Positions 25,010-36,100 of a DNA stretch of 64,000 bases are shown here, piece by piece. Numbering within the stretch: position 1 is the first letter of the stretch; the number at the start of each line of letters is the position of its first letter. The notes beneath the pieces are model-generated. The model made no database searches, was not told the origin of the DNA, and saw only the letters and a list, made by a program, of their open reading frames with translations. Both the position numbers and the translations under genes were made by a program. Source of the stretch: Amoebophrya sp. A120 (lineage: Eukaryota; Protista; Dinoflagellata); contig CAJINV010000007.1 in the NCBI GenBank assembly GCA_905178155.1, forward strand, positions 1 to 64,000, written 5' to 3'.

Positions 25010-25960
25010 ACCTGGCGCCAGAGCCTGGAGGCCCAGGGCATAGCTCGGCCGCGTTTCAAAAAGAATGAACACGCGCCCAAGAAGAGGTAGAACCGTGAGG
25101 GGATGCGGGGCCAGCAGGCGGCGCGGCGACCGCCAACCAGCCTGCCAGCGGTGCGGCGCTGAGGTGTTTGGGCTTGTACCGCAAGCGGCCGGCGCGGGGT
25201 GCAACCAGCGGCAGGCACGGCCGCCCGCCGGGGTCGGTACAGGCAGCGGCGCGGCGCGGAGGCGCTGGGACTGGCTCTTGTTGCGGCGCAGGAGCACCAG
25301 GTAGGGTAGCGGCTAGCTACTGCTGGCGGCCGGCGCCGATTTCTTCCGCGCTGTGCATTTGCCCGCGCAGCCATCCCGTATGAAGCCCCGCCCGCTTCAT
25401 TTCCGATTCGCTGACCGGTCCGACCGGCTTCCTCCGACGTGGTGCCAACGGGAAAAGAAGCCACGCGCCGCACTGTTGGGCCGGCACCCAGCTCAGCAAA
25501 TCCTGGGGCCCGGGTGGGCGCAACGCCCCGGGCTGCGACGCCGCTACTAGCAATGGCCAACGAAGGAGCCGGGCGCGCCCGGGCATGCTGCGCGGGTGGG
25601 AATAACACCACAAGGCACGCCAATGCGCTGCCCGCCCTCCTGGATGGATGGGCTGCGGGGCACGGCTGCCGTGGTCCGCCGCTCCGGCGTGCGGCCAGGG
25701 CAAAGGATGGCCGCCGCTTGGATTGGACAGCAGGGCGGGGCGAGCTACGCCGCGCAATCTACCCCAACAACACGGGGGCCGTTCCATCGCTTCCTCTTAC
25801 TAAGGCGACAACGGCCCGGGATCGCCGAACGGATCCTCCACAGGAATGAGGGACTGCGACCGCCCACCCAACGCGCCGGATTGTGCGCACCGGAGTCGTC
25901 CACCGCGCCTTGTTCATCGACGCCATTGCTCTCTTCGTCCCGGCAGTCGCCGCGGCCGTC
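25010..25960. other. GC-rich intergenic island
   Basis: Composition shift between two minus-strand genes. Confidence 0.7.
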
Positions 25961-26574
25961 TATACAACTCCCTCAGGCGTTTCTAAACCCTCACTCATAC
26001 TTGCGCTTTGTCAACCTCAACGTCATGTAATATTGATGCATAAAAATTGAAATGTATAGCCTGGCCTCACCCCGCCGTCGCTGGTGGCCCAATGATTTTC
26101 ACTCATTCTTTCATTTCGCTCGAGTGTGTATGTTCGTAAGGTACTAACTTATATTCAGATGCTTTTTTCTCTCCATCTCCAACTGATTCATCTTGAAACC
26201 GGTACAAAACAAAATCGCGGTGGCCCGGTCATCATGCACGCTGCTCATTCGCTTCTTTCTATGTACTCTCCCTTCCACTTCCAGCATGTGTGTAGATTGA
26301 TATAAACTATGAACAACCCGCCTCCATGCGCTGACGCCGGGATGTTGTATTGATCGTACCATCTTCCACTGCCCGACGACGCTTCGTTTCTGTTTGGTGT
26401 GGTCATGTTCGTTCACGTGGACTTCTTTGAGGCTGGTCGTTGTACTTACAACTAGGAGACACAACTCCGATTGTTGGAATTCCTCTGCACTAGAGAAGAT
26501 GCGCCAACAATTTAATTGCTTTGCTAGTCCTCTTCCTTGTCACGTCGAGGTCCTGCAGAGCATCACCTTTAAAA

Positions 26575-29500
26575 TTACTTTTCCCACGTCAGCGTCAAAG
26601 TTTTTTTCTTTTTCGAGAATTTTACGACAAATGTGTCCATTGAGAAGTCCGGTAGTGGGCCCACAATCTCCTCCCCGATTTGCACCTCCCCCGTTGGCTG
26701 CGCTCCCACTTCCGGACAGGCGGCCACGTCGAGCGGCCCGATAGCGACGGTGTACTTCGTCCCATCGCTGTCTGGTTTCGTGATGCCGTAATCCGTACCT
26801 TGATACGTAATTTTACTGATCCTTGAAGTTCTTGTTGACCTCGTTGGTGATTTTGTTTTTGATGCCGGAAGGGGGGCGGCAATAGGGTTGCTCGCTGAAG
26901 AAAGCGCTCCTCCTGATTCGTCGGAGACCATGACCGTCGTAGATGTAACAGAACTACCAGAACCTCCACTACTGCCATCCTTTTGCACTGGTAGTTGTTT
27001 TTCCCGTCTACTTTTTTCTGCTTCGTCCATCGAAGAAGATGAAGAGGAACCAGAACCCTCCATGAACATGATCTCAGCTCCGCCTGTGCCCCCGCCCGCT
27101 TTTGCTGTAGATTTTGAAACAGTTGAAGCGGAGGTAGAGGTCTCTTGCTCATCCTTTGCGGCAGGTTTTTGTTTTGATGTTGAGCCCCCGGCCGTTACAG
27201 TCGCAGTTGAAGCGGCGCCGGGGCCGGCCGTAGTGGGTGTTGATTTCATCTTGTTGTCCCCTGCTGATGATTTCGCTGCTTTCTTGTTACCTTTATCTCC
27301 ATCAGTTACACCTTTCTTCTCCGAGGCCGCCACGATCTTCTTGTCAAAGCTGAATGCAGACCGGGTCGGTTTCACTGGATATCCACAGAAAAAAACCAAT
27401 CCCTATCCATTTTTTGCATGACAAACACAGGACTTTATGCGTCTTTCGCATGACAAGTTGGATGTGGATGAGTGTTTTCTCCTGGATACTGGCCCACCGG
27501 TCTCTCCCGCAGCCGCCGCTTGTTCAGCTTTCACCGATTCTATCAACTCCTTGCTCGGCTCGAAAAGCAAGAGTGTTTCGGTGGACGTTTCGACGTTCTC
27601 ATGCGATGCTGATGCAGTGCGCGCGGCCCCTGCCGAAGTAGATTGCTCCGCATTAGAAATGCAGTAGTTGATCCAAATAACCCGCACCTGCTGCTTCACT
27701 TCCTCGGAGAACAGTTTCACATTGACCCGTTCCCAGATATATCCAGTGCAAATATGATGTCTGGGGCTAGAAAAGTGGAAGTTGTAATGCGTGTCCTGCA
27801 TTTGTAGAAAATCAGTGTTGCGTGAGCAGCAGAAGGGCCGCTTCCGTTGTCATGCGAAAACGCATACGCAATTTGTAATGCGTGCTAGACATTCAGAAAG
27901 CGTTTCGAAAACTTGTCATGCTTGGCTGTCATGGCAAGCGTTGCAATCAGCAGCAAATCAGCATCACAGGTTCTTTCCAGACCTAAACATATTTGCACTG
28001 CCTAAGATTTGAAACACCAGCTCTGCCTGCTCCAAGTCGGAGAACACGTTTTTCCCAGTGTCAAAACAGTAGCACTTGTGGAAACAGTCGAGTAATTCTA
28101 CCACTTCGACCTCGATTTTCGCAAATTTTCCCGACGATGAAGCTGGTCCAGGGATTGATTTTTTCTTCTTTGCCTGTCCTGAAGTAGAAGAACCACCAAC
28201 ATTTTTACTTGCCGACATCAGTTTCTGTTCCGTCAGCGTCAATCCATACTGTTGACTCCGTTGATTCAGCCTCTCCGACAGCATTTCGCAGAGTAATTCA
28301 CTGTATGGTAAAACCTTCGCCAAAATCTTCGCGAATCTGTCGTAGGCGTCCGCGATTTCGCTAAAACCCGTGAACCCGTTTGATTTTTCCTTGATCGCCA
28401 TGGCGTATTTGCGGTAGACGTTGGCAAAGATGGAGAGGGCGAAGTAGAGGAGAATTTCTTGGAAGAAGAATTTCAACTCTTCAACCCTGTCGTTGAAACA
28501 GGTCGATTTACTGTGCTTCGTCTGTTCGGATATCAAAAACCGCAGTTCCACGAACCGCTGCAGCGGGATCTTTTCGTACTTGATGTTCCTTTTAATATTT
28601 GCGGTTCCGTCCTCCGACGGTTTATTTCCTGTCGCAGAAGCTGGTGGTGACCCATCCAATATCTCCGCGAATCTCCTCTTCAAATCCGTTGGCAATAGGT
28701 CCAAAAACCACTCCGCACTCAAAAACCCGCTATGCAGAAACGCGTCCAGCTTCTGCAGGCAAAACCGCTCCAGGTCGTTGCAGCAATCTTCCAAATCAGC
28801 GATTTCCAGAATTTTCGCCGCGTGCCGGAGTTTGTCTTCGACGGCTTCAGTGGTTCCGAACACTGCTTTTTCAAATTCCGCACGGAAAGACTTGTTTTCC
28901 GCGTTGAAACCCCAGTTGGTCAACAACTTGTTCCGGACGGACAATGGGCGGAGAACCTCGCAGTAGCTGTCCAAGAGCTCGTCGCCATCGTACAGATCCC
29001 GAATAGCACGAACGATGAGCCAGTCGTCGCAAATCACACGATGGACCGTGGGCAAACAGCCGTGATTCGTGTACGCACCGTGGAGCCACAAGGCGGATCG
29101 CTCGACATCGGTGGAAACTTTCATAGGGACGTTGTAGGTGTCGACGGTCTGCAGTGTGTGGGTGTTTGTAGTGAGAATGTTCTCGATCAACTCCGTATGG
29201 TCTACTTTTTCCGAAGATTTCGTAATATCCACGGTATCCGTTTTGACAAGAACTCCTGCTTCTGCAGCAGCGGCACCAACAGAAACTGCTAATGTCGGCA
29301 AAACCGTCTCGGATTCCTTCGTCCCGTCCGACAGCTGCCAGAAATCTGCAAGTTGTTGTGAAGAGGGACAAGCTGCTGTCGTGTCTGTGGAAGACACTTC
29401 TGAACTTCTCGATTTCAAAATCTTCAATTTCTCCTCCGTTTTTTCCACCAGCAACTCGTTCTTCCCAATCACAAACGCCTTCTCCACCGTCAATAATGTA

Positions 29501-30540
29501 CCCGCGGGGAGGAAGAAATTTTCACCATCTTGTTCTTTGCCGCAGCTCGTATTTTTCCGCACCACCAGCCCCCGGCCCTTACCGGGAATGAGCTCGATTT
29601 TCACGTTTTCGTGCACAAAATTCGTCAGTTGCCCGCACCCCTTGCAGTCCTTCAAACCCTTCACCGTCGACCAATCCCAGGGCTCCGTGTAATACTTCAT
29701 GAAGTCCAAGGCGAAAAATTTGCTGTTCGGAAATTTGTAATGCTGGCTGGTCAGCTGCAGTTCTTTCGCGATCAAGTCCATCGAAAGCCCGAACCAGAAC
29801 CCGGAAACCAAAAAACTGGCAACGGCGGCGGGGAAATCCTGCAAGGTGCGCTTGCACTGCCCCTTCCGGAAGAAGATTTTCTGCAGGAATTCCTTCTGCT
29901 CCTCGGATTGTTGAACGGCTGATGTCGACAGGACGGTCGTTTTGCCGAGAATGTCGGACTTGATAATGTCGTCAATAGTACTAGTGGTGTCGGCGGACGG
30001 GGCTGACGAAGTTGTCCTGGTAGAATCGGCCCCCGGGGATGGTAATTTCGCGTCGAAGTCATCTTTGAGCAGCAACTTAGCTGAAATTTCATTGCAAATG
30101 GATTTCCACTCCTCCAGAACGTTGAATTCTGGATGTTGAGATTCATCATCACTTGCAGCAGTATTTCCATTTTTTCGCAAGACAAGTTCCAAACATTCGT
30201 CTAAGTCCGCATCCGCCTGTTCCGGGCAGCGCAACTTGAGCCGGCAGAGGGACCGACTGAGCAACTGCTTGATAAGCTTGGTCGTAGTTGCGGTTCCTGC
30301 ATCTGGAGCTTGTTCTACTGCCGTGGTGGTTTCAACCTCCGTTACCGCAGACGAAGTGCTAGACCACTCTACTGAGTCCTCCGAAGCCGTTGCTTTCAGC
30401 TCCGCAATCGCCTGGGAGTAGAGGTCGTCCGCTTGTGCCAGGTCGCCCGCCTGAAAAGCATCCCTGGCGACGAAAAACACACACTTTTCCTCCGATTTCT
30501 CCTCCGGCTGAGGAGGCTGGTTGTAGCCGGGGGGAAACAT
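26575..30540 (-). CDS. TPR- and SET-domain protein (SMYD-like lysine methyltransferase) with a C-terminal CS/PIH1-like motif
   Basis: TPR-like helices (ADDLYSQAI, FFRKGQCKRTLQDFPAAVASF); SET motifs PGKGRGLV, YTNHGCLP and IVRAIRDLYDGDELLDSY; ends VKFSKKKKTLTLTWEK; two introners removed in frame. Confidence 0.85.
27380..27488. mobile_element. TIR introner, family D (short)
   Basis: TATCCACAGAAAAAAAC...GTTTTCTCCTGGATA; flanks CTGGA/CTGGC; joins GGP to VKPT. Confidence 0.82.
27740..28004. mobile_element. TIR introner, family A
   Basis: TATCCAGTGCAAATATG...CATATTTGCACTGCCTA; flanks AGATA/AGATT; joins FQI to WERV. Confidence 0.85.
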
Positions 30541-31049
30541 GATTCTGCTACCTGCTTGCTCGTTGGCCTTGGTTACCAGACGAGGAAAGACAGAACAAGG
30601 ACTTAAACTTGTCAACTTGTCGACTTTGACTCTACTCTGCACGCTTATATATACACACCAATTGTAAAATGTCCTTTACATACTATAGCAGGCGTCACAC
30701 TCCTGCGTCGGTGCATAGGATGAGGCAAAAATCTAAATCTGCCAGGGAGGACGAGGATGACTCTTAGACTTAGCTTAGGAAACCTGTGCATGACTGTAGT
30801 TCATCTGCGCTCAGTCATTGATGTGCTCTCGACACAAGGACAATGGACAGCCAAAGCGGATGCAACAAACTGGTGGATGCCCAACCGTATTGGCGAACAT
30901 CCTCGCGAACAAATTTTCCAAACGAGGGCAAACATTTGGCCTCTTCATGTGTCCATGGCGCATACATACTCCCCCCCGTAGAAATAAGTAAACCGACCTG
31001 ACAGACAGACACAGATGATCGGTGGACAGGACGCCCTTCCAAAGTTACA

Positions 31050-31542
31050 GGCCTACGCATCTCTGCGAGCATCGCAGCGGCAACCAAAACGCCCGGCCCC
31101 CCCGCACGAAGAGGCGAAGCGAGGCCTGCCTTGAGAAGCACCATAGGCGCCGCGGGAGAAAAGCTGCCAGGGCCGCGCGCGCCGGCGCAGATAGTTCGCC
31201 GAGGGTGGGAGCACAGGCACACCGGCAGCGGCGGGCCGGGGACGCTAGTCAGGCGAGCCAGGAGTAGAAGACACGGCCGCGCGGGCCGGCGCGCGGCGCC
31301 CTTCAAGCGGCCACACCTCTGTCACCCCACCATAATAGGCCCCCAGCTGGCTCACAACGCACCGCAGAGAGAGAGCAGGGCGAGCGGCCCACCTGGTCGC
31401 AATGAATCAATAGCCGACGGCCGGGCCCCGGCGGGGACATGGCCAAGGCAGGGGGTTGACGGGAAGGGCACTGCGTGGCGCGGCCCGGGGGCCGCCAGCC
31501 TATCGCGAACGGGCCCCCAAGGGGCGGCGGCGTGAGAGATCC
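31050..31542. other. GC-rich island, left part (flanks the large element)
   Basis: Composition like the other islands; ends at the left inverted repeat. Confidence 0.6.
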
Positions 31543-31839
31543 GTTTGGCGAGATCTTGGGGTCGCCGCTTCTGATGAGGATTAGCTTCCGGATTTCTTCC
31601 GGATTTCTTTGGAAAAAAATTTTTCGGGCTATTTGGCAGTTTACTGCTATGCTTTTGGGTGTTCCGACTTTTGCTATTCACGTTCCCAGCGTCGGAAATC
31701 AGGTGTCAGATCGTTCGTAGCTCGATTCTCGTGCGAGAACGGGCCTCGTCGAGTTTCGGCACCCCGATCCCCCCCTGTTAGGCCGCCCCCGTCTCGCTCG
31801 GCCATTTGGCCGAGCGGTTAAGGGGTGTAGGTGTTTCTT

Positions 31840-32640
31840 CCAGTCCCTTTTCACCCTTCGTGGGGCCTATCCCCTCGCCGATGCGATCCGATCACCCGTC
31901 GCGGCTTCGTTCGAACGTGCGAAGCCGTTTAGCCCCACTGGTAGTGCATCGAGATGCGATCGGCAGTCCCTTTTCACCCTTTTTGTGTTGTCTTCCGTCC
32001 CCGCAGCGATCCACGCAGTCGCAGCTACTATCGAAAACCGCCCGCACTACGTCTTGTCTTCTGCAAAGAGAGAAGACGTTGTTCCGGCCGTTTCTCAGGT
32101 GTTGCAGCACTCGCCCATTTGGGCGAGTTGGTAAGGGGCCGAGTTCGTTGTTCCGGTCCCTTTTCACCCTTCACGGGGACCGAAGGTTCGAAGCCCAATG
32201 TTGGCTTTTTTTCTTTCGGTGCGGCTTGTGCGACTGAAAGGAAAAGCGCACTACTAGGACAAGTAGGGACGGAGGGGCGAAAGTGGATCGACCTCGAAGG
32301 CCGAAGTACTTTCACACGACGGCACTCGCCCATCTGGGCGAGTTGGTAGAGGGAGGGGATGCTATCCCCAGTCCCTTTTCACCCTTCACGGGGATCGAGG
32401 GATCGATACCCAGCATTGGCGTTTTTTCTTTCGGTACGATTTGTGCGACCGGAAGGAAAAACGCACTACTACCACGAGGAGGGACGGAGAAGTGAAAGTA
32501 GACCAACCTCGAAGGCCGAACTACTTCCACGTAAAGACACTCGCCCAACTGGGCGAGTTGGTACAGGGTGGAGATGCTATCTCCAGTCCCTTTTCACCCT
32601 TCGCGGGGATCCAGGGATCGATGCCCAGTGTTGGTGCTTT
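31840..32640 (+). repeat. Left subterminal array, ~215-bp units with a palindrome
   Basis: GTCCCTTTTCACCCT at 31843, 31966, 32156, 32371 and 32586; CTCGCCCA-NN-TGGGCGAG at 32110, 32325 and 32540. Confidence 0.9.
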
Positions 32641-33186
32641 TGGAAAATGGAAGCGAAGAAGCAAGCCGTCGGGATTGAGAAAGAGAAGCCAAGATAGAAG
32701 CGAAAGAAAGAACTAGATACTGATCGTCGGTCTGATGCGAAAGCACCGCAAGAAACTGCTCCTCCTTGTTTTTTCTAAGTATCTGTGTTCGTTTTTTAGA
32801 TGGGAAGCGAGAGAAGTCGAGTCACGGGCGACGGGGGGCACGAAGTGAAGGTTTTTTTTGGTGAAGAGCGTGTTTTTTGTCCGGCCGGAAACAGAAGCCA
32901 CCTAGCATCGATCGCCGAGTTTTTTGCCAGAGTCCCAACACCGAACAAGGCCTGCACGTTATGAAAACCCAGGTAAGATACAAATTTTGATCGTAGAGAT
33001 CCACCACCTATCTACAATACTCACATGTTTCATACGCGGGCGATCCCGCGTAGCAGTCCGTCCGCTCCCCAGTAACGCGATGCCTGTGTGGAACGGATAG
33101 CGGCAGGTGCGCATTCGTGCGACCTCGGAAAGCGGAACAACTACTTCTTCTCGAGCAGAACAACTACTGCTACTTCGTCGCCCGCG

Positions 33187-36100
33187 ATGTCGAAAAAGCC
33201 GGTGGACCCCGCGAAGCTGGAGGAGCAAAAAGCGGAAGCGAGTCTGTTTTTCAACACGACGGCGCTCCTGCACGCGCGGAAGCTGTGGAAATTCGGCTAT
33301 CTACTTTGCGACTCCGCTTTTAACATCGCGCAGTCGTACTCTGCGGATTGGAGTTACAAAATAGTACACTACAGGTGCGAAATAGATGGCACCACGCAAC
33401 AAGCACTACTATTCGAGAATAGTATTCGCGGCCGCATCCGCGTGTACGCGCATATCATGGTGAGCTTCGTGTGCATCACCTTTGCCATGGGAGGAACAAA
33501 TACGATGCTAGGACATGTTGCACTACCTTGTCACGCCGTGTTGTTCCCATCATCGTCGGACTTTTCGAAGCAGAAGCGTGGTAGCTCGGGCTTCAGGGGG
33601 TGGAGCGAAGGATATGAGATTGCGGATTTGGTTTGGACGATGAACAACCCCGCGATCTACTTCAGCGCCTTTCCGAAATCCACAATCAAAGTGTGGACCC
33701 CCGCGACCGATTCAGGAGGATCCACAATATCGACCCTTTTTTATTTAGGGTCGTTCTTCCTTGCGACGGAGGCCCTAAAAAATTGCGTGATGTGGACGGA
33801 TCGCTGCAAGAACCATCAGGCCGCGCTCATCACCAAGAGCGTCGCGGAGACCTATTTGGCGATGTGCGGGCTTGATCCGATCGGGTGGCAAAAACGACTA
33901 TTTTTACAAGTAAGATTTCAAGTAGCTTTGTACTTCGCCCCTTCTCGCACTTTTTTATCATGCAAAAAATGTCTGTTTTGTATTGCAAAATGTAACAACT
34001 CGCATCACAAATTACCAGGTAACCTCCGTGAAACTACTACAAGAAAAAATCCACGCGCAACTGGACCACGTTGCCCGGTGGATAGGCGAGTGGGATCAGC
34101 AAACGCCGATGCCACGCGACGCGGCGCTGAGCGGGTTTTTAGACCGTTGTCATTTTCCCGAGGACAAGAAGAAGCTCATCCGCAAGTGCTCGGCGAAAGC
34201 ACAAACACTGGTCGTACCACACCAATGCAGGCACCAGTGTTTACGCAACCTACACTCCTGTTACCGGGGCTTTCGAGCCCCGGTATGGACCCGATGGCTC
34301 ACAATCCAACAGGCTCTGGGCCAAATAGCGGTTTGTTTAGCGATATGAAAAGACAAAAATAACTAGCACAAAGCGCAGCCGGAAGCATGACACAAAGCAG
34401 GCAGATTGAGTTTTTACGCATGACGGATTACGATCGCAGTATTGGTAGCTATCTTCGTGCTTGCTTTGTGCTAGTTATTTTTGCATGTGCATACTCGTTC
34501 TTCATGGGGAGACTATTCTGTGGGTTAGGTCCCAGAGTGCAATTTGGAGCCGAACACGTGTTGGAGCATGGGTTCCAAATAAACATGCGTGGAGACACAG
34601 GTACAAACAATTCTAGCATGACAAACACGATATTGGGCGGCGTTTCTCATGTACAGCATCGCTACCCCTCGCATGATGACCACGAACTACAAATTCCGAA
34701 TTTGTAATGCGTTTCTTCACCGCAGCCGAACTAACACACTACAAACTCGAACAGGTCCGCAATTTGTGTTCATAGTTGTGAGCTGGTTCGTCATGGTGAT
34801 CATCGGGCCCGTCGAACATTATAATGCTGCGATGTTGAAGGAGGACTTGAGGCAACGGACGAAGCTGGAGCTGCGAAAGCAATTTGATCAAGACGTCATG
34901 GAGGTCATTAACTACCTGTACAACAAGGAGAAAGCGCACACCGACCTGGCTTTTCTTCTCTGCGGCATCGGAATTGGGGCGGTGGCGTTTGACGAAAAAC
35001 AGGAGCAGCTGGTACTTTTGAAAGTTGCGTTTCTTGGATACTGTGTCGCAATTTGTCATGCATTTTTTGCAATTTTTGCCATTGCAACTTCAACATAAAA
35101 ATTTATCAGATCGAGTTCTGCAGACTGAACGCCCAGCTTTGCGTGTGGGTCAGCAGGTGCTTGCTACATTACCGCGATGGAGCAACTGATATGCGCGAGA
35201 GGTGGTTGGACATGGCGAGTACCAACCTCGACAGCGCGATAAATTTTTTGCAGAAGAAGAAGCACACTCCGTACCTGAGTGACGACCCCGGGTCGATTAG
35301 TCTACACACGGTTGCGCGGTGGTGCAAGAACCTTCCGCCGCTGACAGCGAAGAATCAACTGAGTGAGCTGGTGGAGTACTTGAAGGGGCGGAATCGCACG
35401 ACGCGGAATTGCGAAAAGCGGGCTGGGCGATTCAAGTACCACACGAAAACTATGGACGGAAAGACCTCAACAATAGCCCAGTAGTACCAGTGCTACAGAA
35501 GCGCTTGCTTTCATGCTTTGCATCGTGTTTGTCATGCATGAAATAATAACACTTCTTCGTCTGTGCAGTGCTTCCCCCTTTCGAGGGGCACGGCGCCAAA
35601 TCTGTCATGCATTTTTCACCCCTCTTTCGGGGGAAGAAAGACCAAATTTGTCATGCGTAATCGCGTCCCGTTCCGAACTCCGTTTATAAAATGAAAGCAA
35701 GCAGCAATAGCACCGTGTTCGCGGTGCTATTCCTCGTTTTTTTCGTGGTATAGGCGGAGTGAAAGGCGGAATGAAGAGTATTCCGGGCTCGGACTGCGCC
35801 CTTAACAGGGCGGACTTTCAGAACCACTCTTCCACCGCGACAGAGGACCTGCAACAACATCAGCCTGCAGAGCCTGTGCTGCCTTCTGCAGAGCCGGCCC
35901 CGAAACGGGCGTATGCGGGTGTGCGAGCCATAGACGCCAAAAGGGCGGACCAGACGTACGAGCCCGGTTCTATGCCGTCGCAGAAGGACGTGCTGAAGAA
36001 GACCACCAGCAGAAACAAGTTACGCAATACAAATTTCCTGCTCATGTGCAAAATGCATGGCAAATCTAAAGCAAGTTTCAGCATGCCGCTTGTCATGCTG

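Noticed and set aside
27380-27488. U12-type (RTATCCT) minor-intron interpretation of the introner 5' ends
   Set aside because: Some ends read GTATCC or ATATC, but across copies the preceding base can be any nucleotide and the following bases vary. No U12 branch motif was seen.
31589-31615. The large element as the direct autonomous partner of the introners
   Set aside because: Its inverted repeat does not match any introner TIR and its candidate TSD is 8 bp, not 5. The link is unsupported from this window, though not excluded.
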